Origin: Chiloscyllium plagiosum
Lineage: Eukaryota
Assembly (NCBI RefSeq): GCF_004010195.1
Contig: NC_057752.1
Span: 10,245,038-10,308,442 of the forward strand
Direction of reading: 5' to 3'
DNA length: 63,405 nucleotides
Below are positions 62,765 to 63,405 of the stretch, piece after piece (position 1 is the stretch's first letter; each line of letters starts with the position of its first letter). The notes beneath the pieces were generated by a model. That model did not search any database. It had not been told where the DNA came from and saw only the letters and a list, made by a program, of their open reading frames with translations. The translations under genes were made by a program, and so were the position numbers.

Positions 62765-63153
62765 TGGAGCAGGTAGCCAATGATATCCATAGTGGGTGAA
62801 GATGAATATTAATCATACAAAAAATGCAATTGACTGATGGATGAAACTGCCTGAGATAGCGAAGAGTAAATTGACAGACTTTCTGCAACTTCCCATCTCT
62901 GAGTTACTCAGACCCTCTCAGTTTCCACCCAGACACTCCTGTGGGCTTTACTTGCCATGAAGATGTGTCTGACTGTCAGAATGTGAAAGACAACTGTCAA
63001 AATGAATCAGACTGAAAGATGTGGAAAGTGATGGAGAGGCACATACGCTGTCCAGAAAATTGAAGTGTAGTATTCTGGTTTTGTGATGAAAAATGACTCC
63101 AGGTTATTGAAGATCTACTTAGCTCTGTATCTAAAGAACCAGGAAATGCTTTC

Positions 63154-63405
63154 TAATCAACTTCACCAACACATTCCACCCTCACCTTAAATTTACCTGG
63201 ACCATCTCTGACACCTCCCTCCCCTTCCTGGACCTCTCCATCTCCATTAATGACGACCGACTTGACACTGACATTTTTTACAAACCCACCGACTCCCACA
63301 GCTATCTGGATTACACCTCTTCCCACCCTACCTCTTGCAAAAATGCCATCCCGTATCCCCAATTCCTCCGCCTCCGCCGTATCTGCTCCCAGGAAGACCA
63401 GTTCC
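63154..63405 (+). mobile_element. Penelope-like RT fragment, running off the window end
   Basis: Translates to FTNTFHPHLKFTWTISDTSLPFLDLSISI and FYKPTDSHSYLDYTSSHPTSCKNAIPYPQFLRLRRICS. Confidence 0.9.

Noticed and set aside
62479..62776. Near-identical 78-aa ORFs on both strands
   Set aside because: These are a by-product of the perfect palindrome in a pLTR-derived element.

Overview
This is a repeat-dense, AT-rich vertebrate genomic window with three N gaps. The HE1-type tRNA SINEs and HER1/CR1-type LINE tails point to an elasmobranch (shark or ray); the species cannot be determined. The clear host genes form a cluster of two-exon class A GPCRs of the GPR139-like type. One gene is complete on the minus strand (54002-55737). 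A plus-strand locus has a single 70-nt exon 1 (23651-23720) followed by two tandem full-length exon-2 copies (30438-31345 and 31817-32718). A mirror-image exon 1 lies at 5391-5460 with its exon 2 outside the window, and an internally deleted pseudogene exon lies at 17040-17177. Bases 1-29361 form an old, roughly 29 kb inverted segmental duplication whose arms carry different later insertions. The rest is mostly CR1/L2 LINEs, SINEs, Gmr1-like Gypsy remnants, solo LTRs, Penelope-like elements (many with minimal hammerhead-ribozyme motifs and fold-back ends) and a pogo/Tigger-like MITE. An 18-bp tandem array of about 80 units lies inside a gene-like His/Asp/Pro-repeat reading frame with one internal stop.
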